The notes under the pieces are model-generated. The model made no database searches and was not told where the DNA came from. It saw only the letters and a list, made by a program, of their open reading frames with translations. A stretch of 64,000 nucleotides of DNA from Bacteroidota bacterium. GTDB taxonomy: Bacteria; Bacteroidota; Bacteroidia; Flavobacteriales; Flavobacteriaceae. Position numbers and translations under genes: made by a program. Where the stretch lies: the NCBI GenBank assembly GCA_039026955.1, contig JBCCLH010000006.1:12321-76320 (forward strand), given 5' to 3'. The first letter of the stretch is position 1; the number at the start of each line of letters is the position of its first letter. Positions 10,297-19,887 of the stretch are shown here, in pieces.

Positions 10297-10353
10297 AGCA
10301 TAGCGCATCTAAATTCTAACAGCGTAGCGCGTCTAGAAAGCGTAGCGTATCTA
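10297..10353. repeat. Three direct copies of a 15-mer, agc(g/a)tagcg(c/t)(a/g)tcta
   Basis: Copies at 10297, 10321 and 10339. Confidence 0.7.
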
Positions 10354-10355
10354 AG

Positions 10356-10796
10356 CTAAAACTCCTCATGCTTTATCTTTCGTTGATAATAAAAAGCAGG
10401 CAGTAAAATCAACACAAAAAGTGGTTGAATTAAAAAGCGGCGTACATAAAAAGTAAGTAAATAATCTTCGGATAAATCGTGTTTGATCAAATAAAAATAG
10501 AGTGAAACTAAAATCATAAAGGCAATCACATACAATCCGAGAGAAAACTTAACGACATTCTTGTTTTCAAACGCAATATAAATAATTGCTAAGGAAACTA
10601 TCATATTCAAACCGTACCGAAACAGGTGACTAAAAAAGAGCGACCACGTTTCATAGCTCGGAATGGTTCCTTGAAAATAATCGTACTTAAAAAAGTTTAA
10701 AAACGGATCGTAAAAGAGTTCGTTTTCAAAAGCTCTAATTAAGACAAGCAATCCAAACAAAAATCCAATGACGATATATTTCCAAACTTTCTGCAT
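10356..10796 (-). CDS. Exosortase F system-associated membrane protein
   Basis: RAFENELFYDPF and YVRRFLIQP motifs; abuts xrtF. Confidence 0.85.
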   Translation of the reverse strand: MQKVWKYIVIGFLFGLLVLIRAFENELFYDPFLNFFKYDYFQGTIPSYETWSLFFSHLFRYGLNMIVSLAIIYIAFENKNVVKFSLGLYVIAFMILVSLYFYLIKHDLSEDYLLTFYVRRFLIQPLFVLILLPAFYYQRKIKHEEF

Positions 10797-11324
10797 CTAC
10801 TTCTTTGAAAACTTTTGCACCCAAAACATCCATAACAAAAACACCATTCCATAAATGATGGTCGGAAACACTATTTGATGTAGTACATATTCTTTATCGG
10901 GAAAACTGTACAAGCCAATTCCCAACACGACAATTCGAAACAAATTTGCCAAATACACCAATACACTTCCTACAAGCACAAATAAAACTGTATTTTTAAA
11001 ATTCCCTGTAAAGGCAATCACAAAGGTGATGAACAAAATCAACACACTAATGGAATTACAGCCTTCCACAATGCGTCCCACATAATTGCCATGCATCAAC
11101 AACTTCATTGTAGGTTCGGACTCGTGAACTTCCACGCTCGCATCATACCCAAAGGCATCAATAATACTTTCGGTTTGATCGGCCACAATGCGCGTAACAC
11201 CATCAGGTTCGCCCTCAAAATTTGACAAATACAAGCTATACACATACGTCAATACCGCGTATACGATAAAGAATTTGACAATAAATCCTAAGGCTGATTT
11301 ATATTTTTGAATGCTTTCTAACAC
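10797..11324 (-). CDS. xrtF: Exosortase family protein XrtF
   Basis: RIVEGCNSISV (Cys), NLFRIV (Arg), LHQIVFP (His); multi-TM; short flavobacterial form. Confidence 0.85.
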   Translation of the reverse strand: MLESIQKYKSALGFIVKFFIVYAVLTYVYSLYLSNFEGEPDGVTRIVADQTESIIDAFGYDASVEVHESEPTMKLLMHGNYVGRIVEGCNSISVLILFITFVIAFTGNFKNTVLFVLVGSVLVYLANLFRIVVLGIGLYSFPDKEYVLHQIVFPTIIYGMVFLLWMFWVQKFSKK

Positions 11325-11462
11325 AATTAAACGCTAATCTCGAATGCTACAAACTTACAGTAAAAGCTTTGAAAATATCACATTTTCTATAAAATTTGTC
11401 GAATTCATTTTTTCTGTGATTTTATTCACAATTCCAAGAAAGGGAGTTCTCTTTTTTTCGAC

Positions 11463-11470
11463 TATTTTTG
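11463..11470 (+). promoter_or_regulatory. Bacteroidota -7 promoter element
   Basis: TATTTTTG matches TAnnTTTG, 21 bp upstream of the ATG at 11492. Confidence 0.5.
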
Positions 11471-11491
11471 TCGAATAATTAAGATTAAAAC

Positions 11492-11947
11492 ATGGCATTA
11501 GCATCCTATAAACCCGAAATCGAAACCATTATTTCTAACGCAGCACTTTCTGTAGACGATCGCATGACCAAAATTTGCGAACTCTTACAAGAAAATATTG
11601 AACACTACGACTGGGTTGGATTTTACTTTCGAAACGGAGACAAACCCGAATTAAAATTACGTGCCTTTGCAGGCGAACCCACAGATCATACGATTATTCC
11701 TTTTGGAAAAGGTATTTGTGGACAAGTCGCAGTTTCCAACCAAAACTTTTTAGTTCCTGATGTAAAAGCGCAAGACAACTATATTGCGTGCAGCATTCAC
11801 GTGAAAGCAGAAATTGTGATTCCTTTATTTGTAAATGGAGAAAACATTGGTCAAATCGACATTGACTCGCACACACCAGATCCATTCACCAAAGAAGACG
11901 AAGAATTTTTAGAATTTATCAATGCAAAAGTGGCGGAGATTCTTTGA
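11492..11947 (+). CDS. Stand-alone GAF domain protein, free Met-(R)-sulfoxide reductase (MsrC/YebR)-like
   Basis: YDWVGFY, GKGICG, YIACS, AEIVIP, GQIDIDS. Confidence 0.8.
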   Translation: MALASYKPEIETIISNAALSVDDRMTKICELLQENIEHYDWVGFYFRNGDKPELKLRAFAGEPTDHTIIPFGKGICGQVAVSNQNFLVPDVKAQDNYIACSIHVKAEIVIPLFVNGENIGQIDIDSHTPDPFTKEDEEFLEFINAKVAEIL

Positions 11948-12125
11948 TTAGTATTGAGGTTTTAGTAGTGAGTATTGAGATGGTTTCAAAGGAAACTCTT
12001 TTTTATTGACTTTACCTTAAGAATAAAAGATAATTTGTGATAGAAGCTGTTTATTAGTTTATAAGTTTACTAGTTTAAGTTGCGAAGCAAAAAGCTAAAA
12101 GCAAAACAAACAAATCAACAAAAAG

Positions 12126-12164
12126 CTGGCGTTCATTAGTTTAAATGTGAACGCCAGTTTTTTT
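12126..12164 (+). terminator. Intrinsic terminator
   Basis: ctggcgttca/tgaacgccag 10-bp stem followed by T7. Confidence 0.75.
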
Positions 12165-12316
12165 ATGAAATAAATCCAGTAATCAATCATTTATAAATGC
12201 CGAAATTAGACGCAATCTTACCGTCTATTTAGTATATTTACTCAGTTCAGAAGACGAACGCAAACATGAAAATTCAGTATATTGCAACTCAGTTGCATTA
12301 AAATAAATCCATTCCT

Positions 12317-15300
12317 ATGAAATTGAAAATATCTAAACTTTTTGTGTTACTACTTTGTTGGATACTAAATTCAAATCAAGCTTCCGCACAAGGGTTTGAA
12401 GGCTACTATCAATATCCTGACATTCATCAAAATACCATTGTTTTTACGGCAGAAGGTGATATTTGGAAAGTATCCATTAACGGTGGACTCGCACAAAGAT
12501 TGACAACACATGCCGAAGAAGAAGAATATCCAGTCATCTCACCTGATGGAAAAACTGTCGCCTACTCCGCAACCTATGAAGGTCCCAAAGAAGTCTACAC
12601 CATTCCCATTGATGGAGGATTAACAACGCGTTGGACCTATGAATCGAGTTGGTCTGTAGTTAACAGTTGGACACCAGATGGTAAAATTGTGTATCAAACC
12701 AACAACTATAGTAAGCTACCTAATCCGCAATTGGTTACTATTGATATCAACTCCAAAGAAAAATCTGTAGTACCACTCCATCAAGCTAGTGAAGGTATTT
12801 TTAATGAAGAAGGCACCTGCTTTTTTGTCCGTCCTCCGAATCATAATGATAGTGCTAAACGCTATGTAGGTGGTTGGGCACGTCAAATCTGGAAATTTGA
12901 TGGCACGAACGAAGCTATAAAACTAAGTACCGATCATTTGGGTGAAAGTTGTGAGCCAATGTGGCATGATGGACGCGTCTATTTTCTTACGGATAAAGAT
13001 GGCATTATGAACATTTGGTCTATGAATACAGAAGGAAAAGATCTAAAACAACACACCAAACACGATTTGTATGACGTTCGTTATGCCAATGTAGACAATG
13101 GAAAAATTGTATACCAACATGGGGCTGATATTTGGTTGCTAAACATTGCTTCTGGAGACTACAATAAAATCGATATTCGCTTAACTTCAGATTTGGAGCA
13201 ACTACGAGAAAAGTGGGTGGAAGATCCTCAGGATTACATTACTTCCGTACATCCTGATGCAAAAGGTGAAAAAATTGTTGTAACTGCTAGAGGTCGTGTC
13301 TTTGTGGTTCCTGTAAAATCAGGGAGAACAGTTTCCTTTACGGAACAAAAAGATGTGCGTTTTCGCGATGCGGTTTTTTCTCATGATGGAAAAAATATTG
13401 TCACCTTATCGGATGAAAGTGGCGAATTTGAATTCGTGCAATTTCCAGCAGATGGTTTAGGCACCACAACTCCTTTAACTACTGATAAAAATACACTCAG
13501 GTACCAAGCGATTCCGTCTCCAGATGGAAAATGGCTTGCGTATGATGACATAGAAGGCAATATGTATGTCTTCAATATAGCGACAAAAACTAGCAAAAAA
13601 ATATCTACCAATACGGAAGGTATTCTAGACTTTTCTTGGTCGCCCGACAGTCAGTGGCTGGCATTTGCAGAAACTGCTTTAAACACAATGCTACAAATTA
13701 AAGTGTATAATATAAATGACGAATCTACTTTTGACTTAACAACGGACAGAGCCAATAGCTACAATCCGAATTGGAGTCCTGATGGCAAATTCATCTATTT
13801 CTTATCCGATCGAAGTTTTTCCACGTTGGTGGGAAGTCCGTGGGGACCAAGACAACCGGAACCGTACTGGGATGCGAGTGAAGTTATATATCATGTAGCA
13901 CTCAAAAAAGGCACAAGATCACCTTTCAGAGAAAAGGACGAACTCATGAACGAAAAGAAAGAGGAAGTCAAACCTACTAAAGACAAGAAAAAGAAGAAAA
14001 AGAAATCGAAAGACATTGAAAAAAAATTAGTAGTATCTATTGATAAAGAAGGAATTCAGTCTAGAATTGCAAGAGTTCCTGTCGCTCCTGGAAATTATTA
14101 CAACCTGGCAGTGAATGACAAAGCGCTCTATGTAATGGCTACAGAAACTGGCGTCAACGCGAAATCGCACCTAAAAGTAGTCAAGATCACGAATGAAAAA
14201 CCAAAACTCACCAATATGGCTTCTGAAGTCAGCGGTTTTGAAATGACACGAGATGGCAAAAAATTACTCGTCAGAAAAAGAAGATCGTATTATATGGTCA
14301 ATGCGGGTACTGGCAGTGTCAAACTAAATGATAGTAGGATTGATGTAAGTAGTATGAAATTTTCTATTGATCCGAAGCAAGACTGGAAACAAATGTACAA
14401 AGATGCTTGGCGCATGCAGCGTGATTATTTTTACGATAAAAACATGCATGGTGTTGATTGGAATGCCATGTACGAGAAGTATCTTCCTTTCATAGATCGC
14501 TTAACGACTCGAAAAGAACTCACAGATGTCATTGGGCAATTGGTAGGCGAACTTTCTGCCTTACATACCTATACAAGTGATGGTGACAACCGAAGTGATG
14601 AAAAAAACATTCAAGTAGCGAGTCTTGGTGCCGAAACAAGCAGAGACGAAGCCAATGGTGGCTACAGAATCGAGTACATCTACAAAGTAGATCCTGATTA
14701 TCCAAACCGAAAATCACCACTCGATGATCCGTATCTCGATGTCAGAGAAGGCGACATTATTACCAAAGTAAATGGTAGAGATGCGCTAGCTGCAATAGAC
14801 ATTGGCGAATTGATTCGGAACCAAGCAGGAAAACAAGTGCGATTACAACTAAAAAGAGGAACCTCAACCAGAGATATCATCATCAAACCTAGAGGCAGTT
14901 CGTATTGGTTACGCTATGCGGACTGGGAATATGCGAATCGTCTCAAAGTAGATGAAGACAGTGACAATCAAATCGGATATGTACACTTAAGCGCCATGAG
15001 CACTTGGGATATTGGGCAGTTTTACCGAGAATATTATCCAATCTTCAATAGAAAAGGACTCATTATTGACGTTCGAAACAACGGTGGTGGAAATATTGAC
15101 TCTTTTATTCTGGAAAAATTACTGCGAAAAGCATGGATGTACTGGAAAGATAGAAGCGGACAACCCACTTGGAATATGCAATATGCATTTAGAGGACATA
15201 TGGTTGTATTAGTGAATGAAAAAACAGGTTCGGATGGAGAAACTTTTGCAGAAGGTTTCCGAAGATTAGGACTCGGACAAACGATTGGTATGCGTACGTG

Positions 15301-15592
15301 GGGCGGACAAATTTGGTTAACAGGCGTAAATACCTTAACAGATTACGGAAGAGCGGGCGCTCCGATGTTAGGCGTCTACGGACCTGAAGGAAAATGGCTC
15401 ATTGAAGGTAACGGACATGTTCCTGACATTGAATTGGACAATTTACCACACGAAACCTTCAACGGAAAAGACGCACAATTGGATGCTGCCATCAAACATT
15501 TACAAGACAAAATCAAAGAAGATCCAAGGAATGTGCCGCCTGTTCCTGCGTATCCGGATAAGTCTACAAGGAAGAATCGTAAAAGGAATTAA
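12317..15592 (+). CDS. Secreted tricorn-like S41 protease (beta-propellers, PDZ, catalytic domain)
   Basis: PD40-like SPDG repeats, GELSALH, IDVRNNGGG, catalytic GSDGE, GMRTWGG, GHVPDI. Confidence 0.9.
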   Translation: MKLKISKLFVLLLCWILNSNQASAQGFEGYYQYPDIHQNTIVFTAEGDIWKVSINGGLAQRLTTHAEEEEYPVISPDGKTVAYSATYEGPKEVYTIPIDGGLTTRWTYESSWSVVNSWTPDGKIVYQTNNYSKLPNPQLVTIDINSKEKSVVPLHQASEGIFNEEGTCFFVRPPNHNDSAKRYVGGWARQIWKFDGTNEAIKLSTDHLGESCEPMWHDGRVYFLTDKDGIMNIWSMNTEGKDLKQHTKHDLYDVRYANVDNGKIVYQHGADIWLLNIASGDYNKIDIRLTSDLEQLREKWVEDPQDYITSVHPDAKGEKIVVTARGRVFVVPVKSGRTVSFTEQKDVRFRDAVFSHDGKNIVTLSDESGEFEFVQFPADGLGTTTPLTTDKNTLRYQAIPSPDGKWLAYDDIEGNMYVFNIATKTSKKISTNTEGILDFSWSPDSQWLAFAETALNTMLQIKVYNINDESTFDLTTDRANSYNPNWSPDGKFIYFLSDRSFSTLVGSPWGPRQPEPYWDASEVIYHVALKKGTRSPFREKDELMNEKKEEVKPTKDKKKKKKKSKDIEKKLVVSIDKEGIQSRIARVPVAPGNYYNLAVNDKALYVMATETGVNAKSHLKVVKITNEKPKLTNMASEVSGFEMTRDGKKLLVRKRRSYYMVNAGTGSVKLNDSRIDVSSMKFSIDPKQDWKQMYKDAWRMQRDYFYDKNMHGVDWNAMYEKYLPFIDRLTTRKELTDVIGQLVGELSALHTYTSDGDNRSDEKNIQVASLGAETSRDEANGGYRIEYIYKVDPDYPNRKSPLDDPYLDVREGDIITKVNGRDALAAIDIGELIRNQAGKQVRLQLKRGTSTRDIIIKPRGSSYWLRYADWEYANRLKVDEDSDNQIGYVHLSAMSTWDIGQFYREYYPIFNRKGLIIDVRNNGGGNIDSFILEKLLRKAWMYWKDRSGQPTWNMQYAFRGHMVVLVNEKTGSDGETFAEGFRRLGLGQTIGMRTWGGQIWLTGVNTLTDYGRAGAPMLGVYGPEGKWLIEGNGHVPDIELDNLPHETFNGKDAQLDAAIKHLQDKIKEDPRNVPPVPAYPDKSTRKNRKRN

Positions 15593-15624
15593 TTTTTGTT
15601 GATTCTTTAAAATAATACATCACC

Positions 15625-15960
15625 TTGGGAATACTTGAAATTATATTACTAATCCTTTCGGCGATTTTTCTATTGGTGCTGATTGCATATATCATTCGAA
15701 CCGTAAAAGAAAACAAACGCGGTTGGAGAGCACAACCAATAGGTCGAGATAGTATTCTGTATCAACAAAAGATCAAAAATGAGTGGAAAGAAATTCAAAT
15801 TGAAGGAGAAATGTTAGTAGGTGACATTCATAAAATTATTTATTTCAAAACAGAGCAAGATTGGGCAGCATATCCAGAATGGGCACAAAATCGTACCGAA
15901 ATCATTCAACGAATCAAAATTGACTATCCACCACATAGCACAGAATATCTAAATGATTGA
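15625..15960 (+). CDS. Small protein with N-terminal TM anchor, unknown function (TTG start)
   Basis: 111-aa ORF co-oriented 32 bp after the protease; hydrophobic N-terminus. Confidence 0.6.
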   Translation: MGILEIILLILSAIFLLVLIAYIIRTVKENKRGWRAQPIGRDSILYQQKIKNEWKEIQIEGEMLVGDIHKIIYFKTEQDWAAYPEWAQNRTEIIQRIKIDYPPHSTEYLND

Positions 15961-15981
15961 AAATTCATCACTTTTAAATAT

Positions 15982-16235
15982 TAGTGATGCGTTTACTATA
16001 AAAATTATTGTCATTCTTTTATTTATTAAGGATTTTTAAAGTTTTACATTTTTCAGATTTGAATTTCGTAGCCCAAAGAAACTTTGTTAAGTTCAAAATG
16101 ATTTTCGCTAATCCCATAAACTACGATACTTTAAACGTCTCTTCGAGTGATTTTTCGTAATGAAATGAAGAAAAATAGTATCGAGAAGTGCTTGAAGGTT
16201 CCAAAGTTTTCATCGCTTCAGTTAACATATCACTA
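15982..16235. mobile_element. MITE-like element, family 1 copy A (TA-flanked, ~250 bp)
   Basis: Terminal inverted repeats atattagtgatgcgtttac / gttaacatatcactaatat (16/19); no ORF; similar in reverse orientation to 40299..40543; contains REP-like family A at 16135..16189. Confidence 0.7.
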
Positions 16236-16341
16236 ATATCTTTTAAAGACCAATCCTACCATTCCACAACCCAATCCCAAACCACCCCAAAATTCTCTCA
16301 TAATTATTTGAAGAAGAGCGTGTTTTTTTAGTGGTAATTAT

Positions 16342-16349
16342 TACTTTTG
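16342..16349 (+). promoter_or_regulatory. Bacteroidota -7 promoter element of purH
   Basis: TACTTTTG matches TAnnTTTG. Confidence 0.5.
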
Positions 16350-16385
16350 CAGCTTCACACAACACAATTAAACAACTCAATTCGA

Positions 16386-17918
16386 ATGGATTCCCAAAAA
16401 CAAGCAACATCCGCTTTAATTTCGGTTTTTAGCAAAGACGGTTTAGCACCTATCGTAGAAAAATTACACGCGCTAGGTATGACCATTTATTCTACAGGTG
16501 GCACAGAAAAATTTATCAAAAATCTTGGTATTCCTGTGGTTCCTGTTGAAGATGTGACTTCGTATCCTTCTATTTTAGGCGGACGCGTAAAAACATTGCA
16601 TCCAAAAGTGTTTGGTGGTATTTTGAATCGTCAAAACAATGAAAGTGATGTCGCCGAATTGGCACAATATGAAATTCCGCAAATCGATATTGTCATTGTA
16701 GACTTATATCCGTTTGAAAAAACTGTGGCTTCGGGCGCAAGTGAGCAAGACATTATTGAAAAAATTGATATTGGAGGCATATCACTAATCAGAGCTGCTG
16801 CGAAAAACTTTGCAGATGTGATGTGCGTTTCTTCCGTAGAAGATTACGAAGGCTTTTTACACTTGTTAGAAACGCAAGAAGGCGCTTTTTCTTTAGCAGA
16901 TAGAAAAATGTTTGCAGCGAAAGCATTCAACGTTTCTTCACATTATGATACAGCGATTTTCAACTACTTCAATCACGATCATGAGATTGCTGCGTTGAAA
17001 GTAAGCGAAACGCAAGGAAAAGTATTGCGTTACGGAGAAAATCCACACCAACGCGGATTCTTCTTCGGAAACTTTGACGACATGTTTGAAAAGTTACACG
17101 GAAAAGAATTAAGCTATAACAATTTATTAGATGTTGATGCGGCAGTCAACTTGATGAGCGAGTTCACCAACGATGATCCAACATTCGCAATCTTAAAGCA
17201 CAACAACGCATGCGGATTTGCCACACGTGCAACCATTTACCAAGCGTATGTAGATGCCTTAGCGGGCGATCCTATTTCTGCTTTCGGCGGAATCTTAATC
17301 GCAAATACAAAAATTGACAAAGCTACCGCGGAAGAAATTCACAAACTATTCTGTGAAGTAGTCATCGCGCCATCGTATGACGAAGATGCATTAGCAGTTT
17401 TAAAAGGAAAGAAAAACAGAATCATCTTAATTCAAAACGAAGTAGCCTTGCCAGAAATGCAAGTGCGTACGTGTTTAAACGGTGTATTGCTTCAAGACAA
17501 AGACACAAAAACAGACGCGAAAGAAGATTTAACATATCCAACTAACAATAAACCAACGGATTCGCAGTTAGAAGATTTACTATTCGCTTCTAAAATTTGC
17601 AAACACACAAAATCAAATACGATTGTTTTGGTAAAAGACAAACAATTGTGCGCAAGTGGAACTGGACAAACAAGTCGCGTTGATGCGTTGCGTCAGTCGA
17701 TTGAAAAGGCAAACAATTTCAAATTTGACTTAGACGGAGCGGTGATGGCAAGTGATGCTTTCTTCCCGTTTCCAGACTGTGTAGAAATTGCAGATAAGGC
17801 AGGAATCAAAGCAGTAATTCAACCTGGTGGATCAATCAAAGATCAATTGAGCATCGATTACTGTAATGCGAATGAAATTGCCATGGTATTTACAGGCACA
17901 AGACACTTTAAACACTAA
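16386..17918 (+). CDS. purH: Bifunctional AICAR transformylase / IMP cyclohydrolase
   Basis: ALISV, STGGT, GGRVKTLHP, IDIGG, LRYGENPHQ, SYNN, ASDAFFPF, IQPGGS, RHFKH; ATG at 16386 preferred to TTG at 16347. Confidence 0.98.
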   Translation: MDSQKQATSALISVFSKDGLAPIVEKLHALGMTIYSTGGTEKFIKNLGIPVVPVEDVTSYPSILGGRVKTLHPKVFGGILNRQNNESDVAELAQYEIPQIDIVIVDLYPFEKTVASGASEQDIIEKIDIGGISLIRAAAKNFADVMCVSSVEDYEGFLHLLETQEGAFSLADRKMFAAKAFNVSSHYDTAIFNYFNHDHEIAALKVSETQGKVLRYGENPHQRGFFFGNFDDMFEKLHGKELSYNNLLDVDAAVNLMSEFTNDDPTFAILKHNNACGFATRATIYQAYVDALAGDPISAFGGILIANTKIDKATAEEIHKLFCEVVIAPSYDEDALAVLKGKKNRIILIQNEVALPEMQVRTCLNGVLLQDKDTKTDAKEDLTYPTNNKPTDSQLEDLLFASKICKHTKSNTIVLVKDKQLCASGTGQTSRVDALRQSIEKANNFKFDLDGAVMASDAFFPFPDCVEIADKAGIKAVIQPGGSIKDQLSIDYCNANEIAMVFTGTRHFKH

Positions 17919-17961
17919 TACCAAAACATTATTTTATAACTAATTTGGTATAAATTTTTTA

Positions 17962-17969
17962 TAACTTTG
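17962..17969 (+). promoter_or_regulatory. Bacteroidota -7 promoter element of the mre operon
   Basis: TAACTTTG matches TAnnTTTG, ~50 bp before mreB. Confidence 0.45.
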
Positions 17970-18020
17970 TAAGTCACTAACACTGAATTACAAAACACAC
18001 TCTAACAGCAGACATAACAC

Positions 18021-19058
18021 ATGGGATTTTTTGACTTCTTAACTGAGGAAATCGCGATAGATTTAGGAACGGCTAACACCTTAATTATCCATAACGATAA
18101 AGTAGTTGTGGACAGTCCATCAATTGTCGCCAGGGACCGAATGTCCAACAAAATTATTGCTGTCGGTCAAGAAGCTGCACGCATGCAGGGAAAAACCCAT
18201 GAGAACATCAAAACGATTCGTCCATTGAAAGATGGAGTTATCGCCGATTTTGATGCATCTGAAAAAATGATCAGTCTGTTCATAAAAAATATTCCAGCAC
18301 TCAAAAAGAAGTTATTTCCACCTTCGTTACGTATGGTAATTTGTATTCCTTCGGGAATTACAGAAGTGGAAATGCGCGCTGTAAAAGAATCGGCAGAACG
18401 TGTTAATGGAAAAGAAGTCTATTTGATACACGAGCCAATGGCAGCTGCCATTGGTATCGGTGTCGATATCATGCAACCAAAAGGAAACATGATTGTAGAT
18501 ATCGGTGGTGGAACTACGGAAATTGCGGTGATCGCTTTGGGCGGAATTGTCTGTGACAAATCAGTCAAAGTAGCAGGAGACGTATTTACCAACGATATTG
18601 TATACTATATGCGTACGCAACACAACTTGTATGTGGGAGAACGTACCGCTGAGAAAATCAAAATTCAAATTGGAGCCGCGACGGAAGATTTGGAAATTCC
18701 GCCAGAAGAAATGTCGGTACAAGGACGTGACTTACTAACGGGAAAACCAAAGCAGGTACAAATTTCGTATCGTGAGGTTGCCAAAGCCTTGGACAAATCG
18801 ATCTTACGTATCGAAGACGCAGTCATGGAAACCTTATCACAAACACCGCCAGAATTGGCAGCAGATATTTACAATACAGGAATTTATCTTGCCGGTGGAG
18901 GATCAATGTTACGCGGATTGGACAAACGTCTTTCTCAAAAAACTGACTTACCAGTGTATATTGCTGAAGATCCATTACGTGCCGTGGTTCGTGGAACAGG
19001 AATTACGCTGAAAAATCTTAGTAAATTCAAAAGTGTATTAATTGGGAAGAAGAACTAA
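18021..19058 (+). CDS. mreB: Rod shape-determining protein MreB
   Basis: AIDLGTANT, EPMAAAIG, VDIGGGTTE, LAGGGS. Confidence 0.98.
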   Translation: MGFFDFLTEEIAIDLGTANTLIIHNDKVVVDSPSIVARDRMSNKIIAVGQEAARMQGKTHENIKTIRPLKDGVIADFDASEKMISLFIKNIPALKKKLFPPSLRMVICIPSGITEVEMRAVKESAERVNGKEVYLIHEPMAAAIGIGVDIMQPKGNMIVDIGGGTTEIAVIALGGIVCDKSVKVAGDVFTNDIVYYMRTQHNLYVGERTAEKIKIQIGAATEDLEIPPEEMSVQGRDLLTGKPKQVQISYREVAKALDKSILRIEDAVMETLSQTPPELAADIYNTGIYLAGGGSMLRGLDKRLSQKTDLPVYIAEDPLRAVVRGTGITLKNLSKFKSVLIGKKN

Positions 19059-19065
19059 GTAGAAC

Positions 19066-19887
19066 ATGCAACATATCATCAATTTTCTAATCAGGAATAA
19101 AAACTTTATTCTGTTTTTAATGTTGCTCTCTATTTCGTTGCTCTTTACGGTTCAATCACATTCCTATCACAAAAGTAAATTTATCAACTCTGCCAATTGG
19201 CTTTCGGGTGGAATCTACGAAGGATTTAATGGTGTTTCTTCTTATTTCAATCTACAATCTGAAAATGAGCGTTTGGCAGAAGAAAACCGCCGACTCAAAA
19301 ATATTCTTTACAATAAAAAAGACAGTTTGAGCACTGTTCAGTTTATTGACAGCACTTCCTATCGAACGGATTATTTATTTCGTTCTGCAAAAATTACTAA
19401 AAACAGTTACGCGAGTCGTAATAACATCTTGTTGATCAACAAAGGAAGCAACGACAGCATTGCCATCGATATGGGCGTCATCAATTCCAAAGGTGTCATT
19501 GGCATTGTAGATAATGTAGGCGGAAGTCACGCAACAGTAATTAGTCTGTTAAACTCCATCTCAAAAATCAATGCGCAATTCAAAAACAGCAATCATTTTG
19601 GAACATTGACATGGAATGGTAAAGATCCAAATATTGTACAATTGGAAGACATTGAAAAATTAGCTCAGTTTACCGAAAATGATACTATTGTTACGGGAGG
19701 AAACTCTACTTTATTTCCGAAAGGCATTCCGATTGGAACGGTCAAAGACTTTCAACTCAACACACTAGAGAATTTATACAAGATCAACGTACAATTATTC
19801 AATGACATGACCGATTTAGAACATGTGTACGTCATTGAAAATTTACACAGAGAAGAAATTGATAACTTATTAGCTCCGCAAAACTAA
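19066..19887 (+). CDS. mreC: Rod shape-determining protein MreC
   Basis: N-terminal TM, coiled coil, GVIGIV, IVTGG..LFPKGIPIG; operon position. Confidence 0.95.
   Translation: MQHIINFLIRNKNFILFLMLLSISLLFTVQSHSYHKSKFINSANWLSGGIYEGFNGVSSYFNLQSENERLAEENRRLKNILYNKKDSLSTVQFIDSTSYRTDYLFRSAKITKNSYASRNNILLINKGSNDSIAIDMGVINSKGVIGIVDNVGGSHATVISLLNSISKINAQFKNSNHFGTLTWNGKDPNIVQLEDIEKLAQFTENDTIVTGGNSTLFPKGIPIGTVKDFQLNTLENLYKINVQLFNDMTDLEHVYVIENLHREEIDNLLAPQN

Noticed and set aside
9869-10301. ORFs 9869..10258(-), 10047..10301(-) and 10110..10295(+)
   Set aside because: They are translations of the TTGTGGAT/ATACCAA low-complexity arrays and overlap a real gene end
13950-14030. Lys-rich run in the tricorn protease (KDKKKKKKSK)
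   Set aside because: In-frame low-complexity linker between propeller regions; mixed codons, so not a slippage tract
16236-16385. Purine/ZTP riboswitch upstream of purH
   Set aside because: No recognisable aptamer; the region is short and AT-rich, and a -7 promoter box lies only ~36 bp from the ATG
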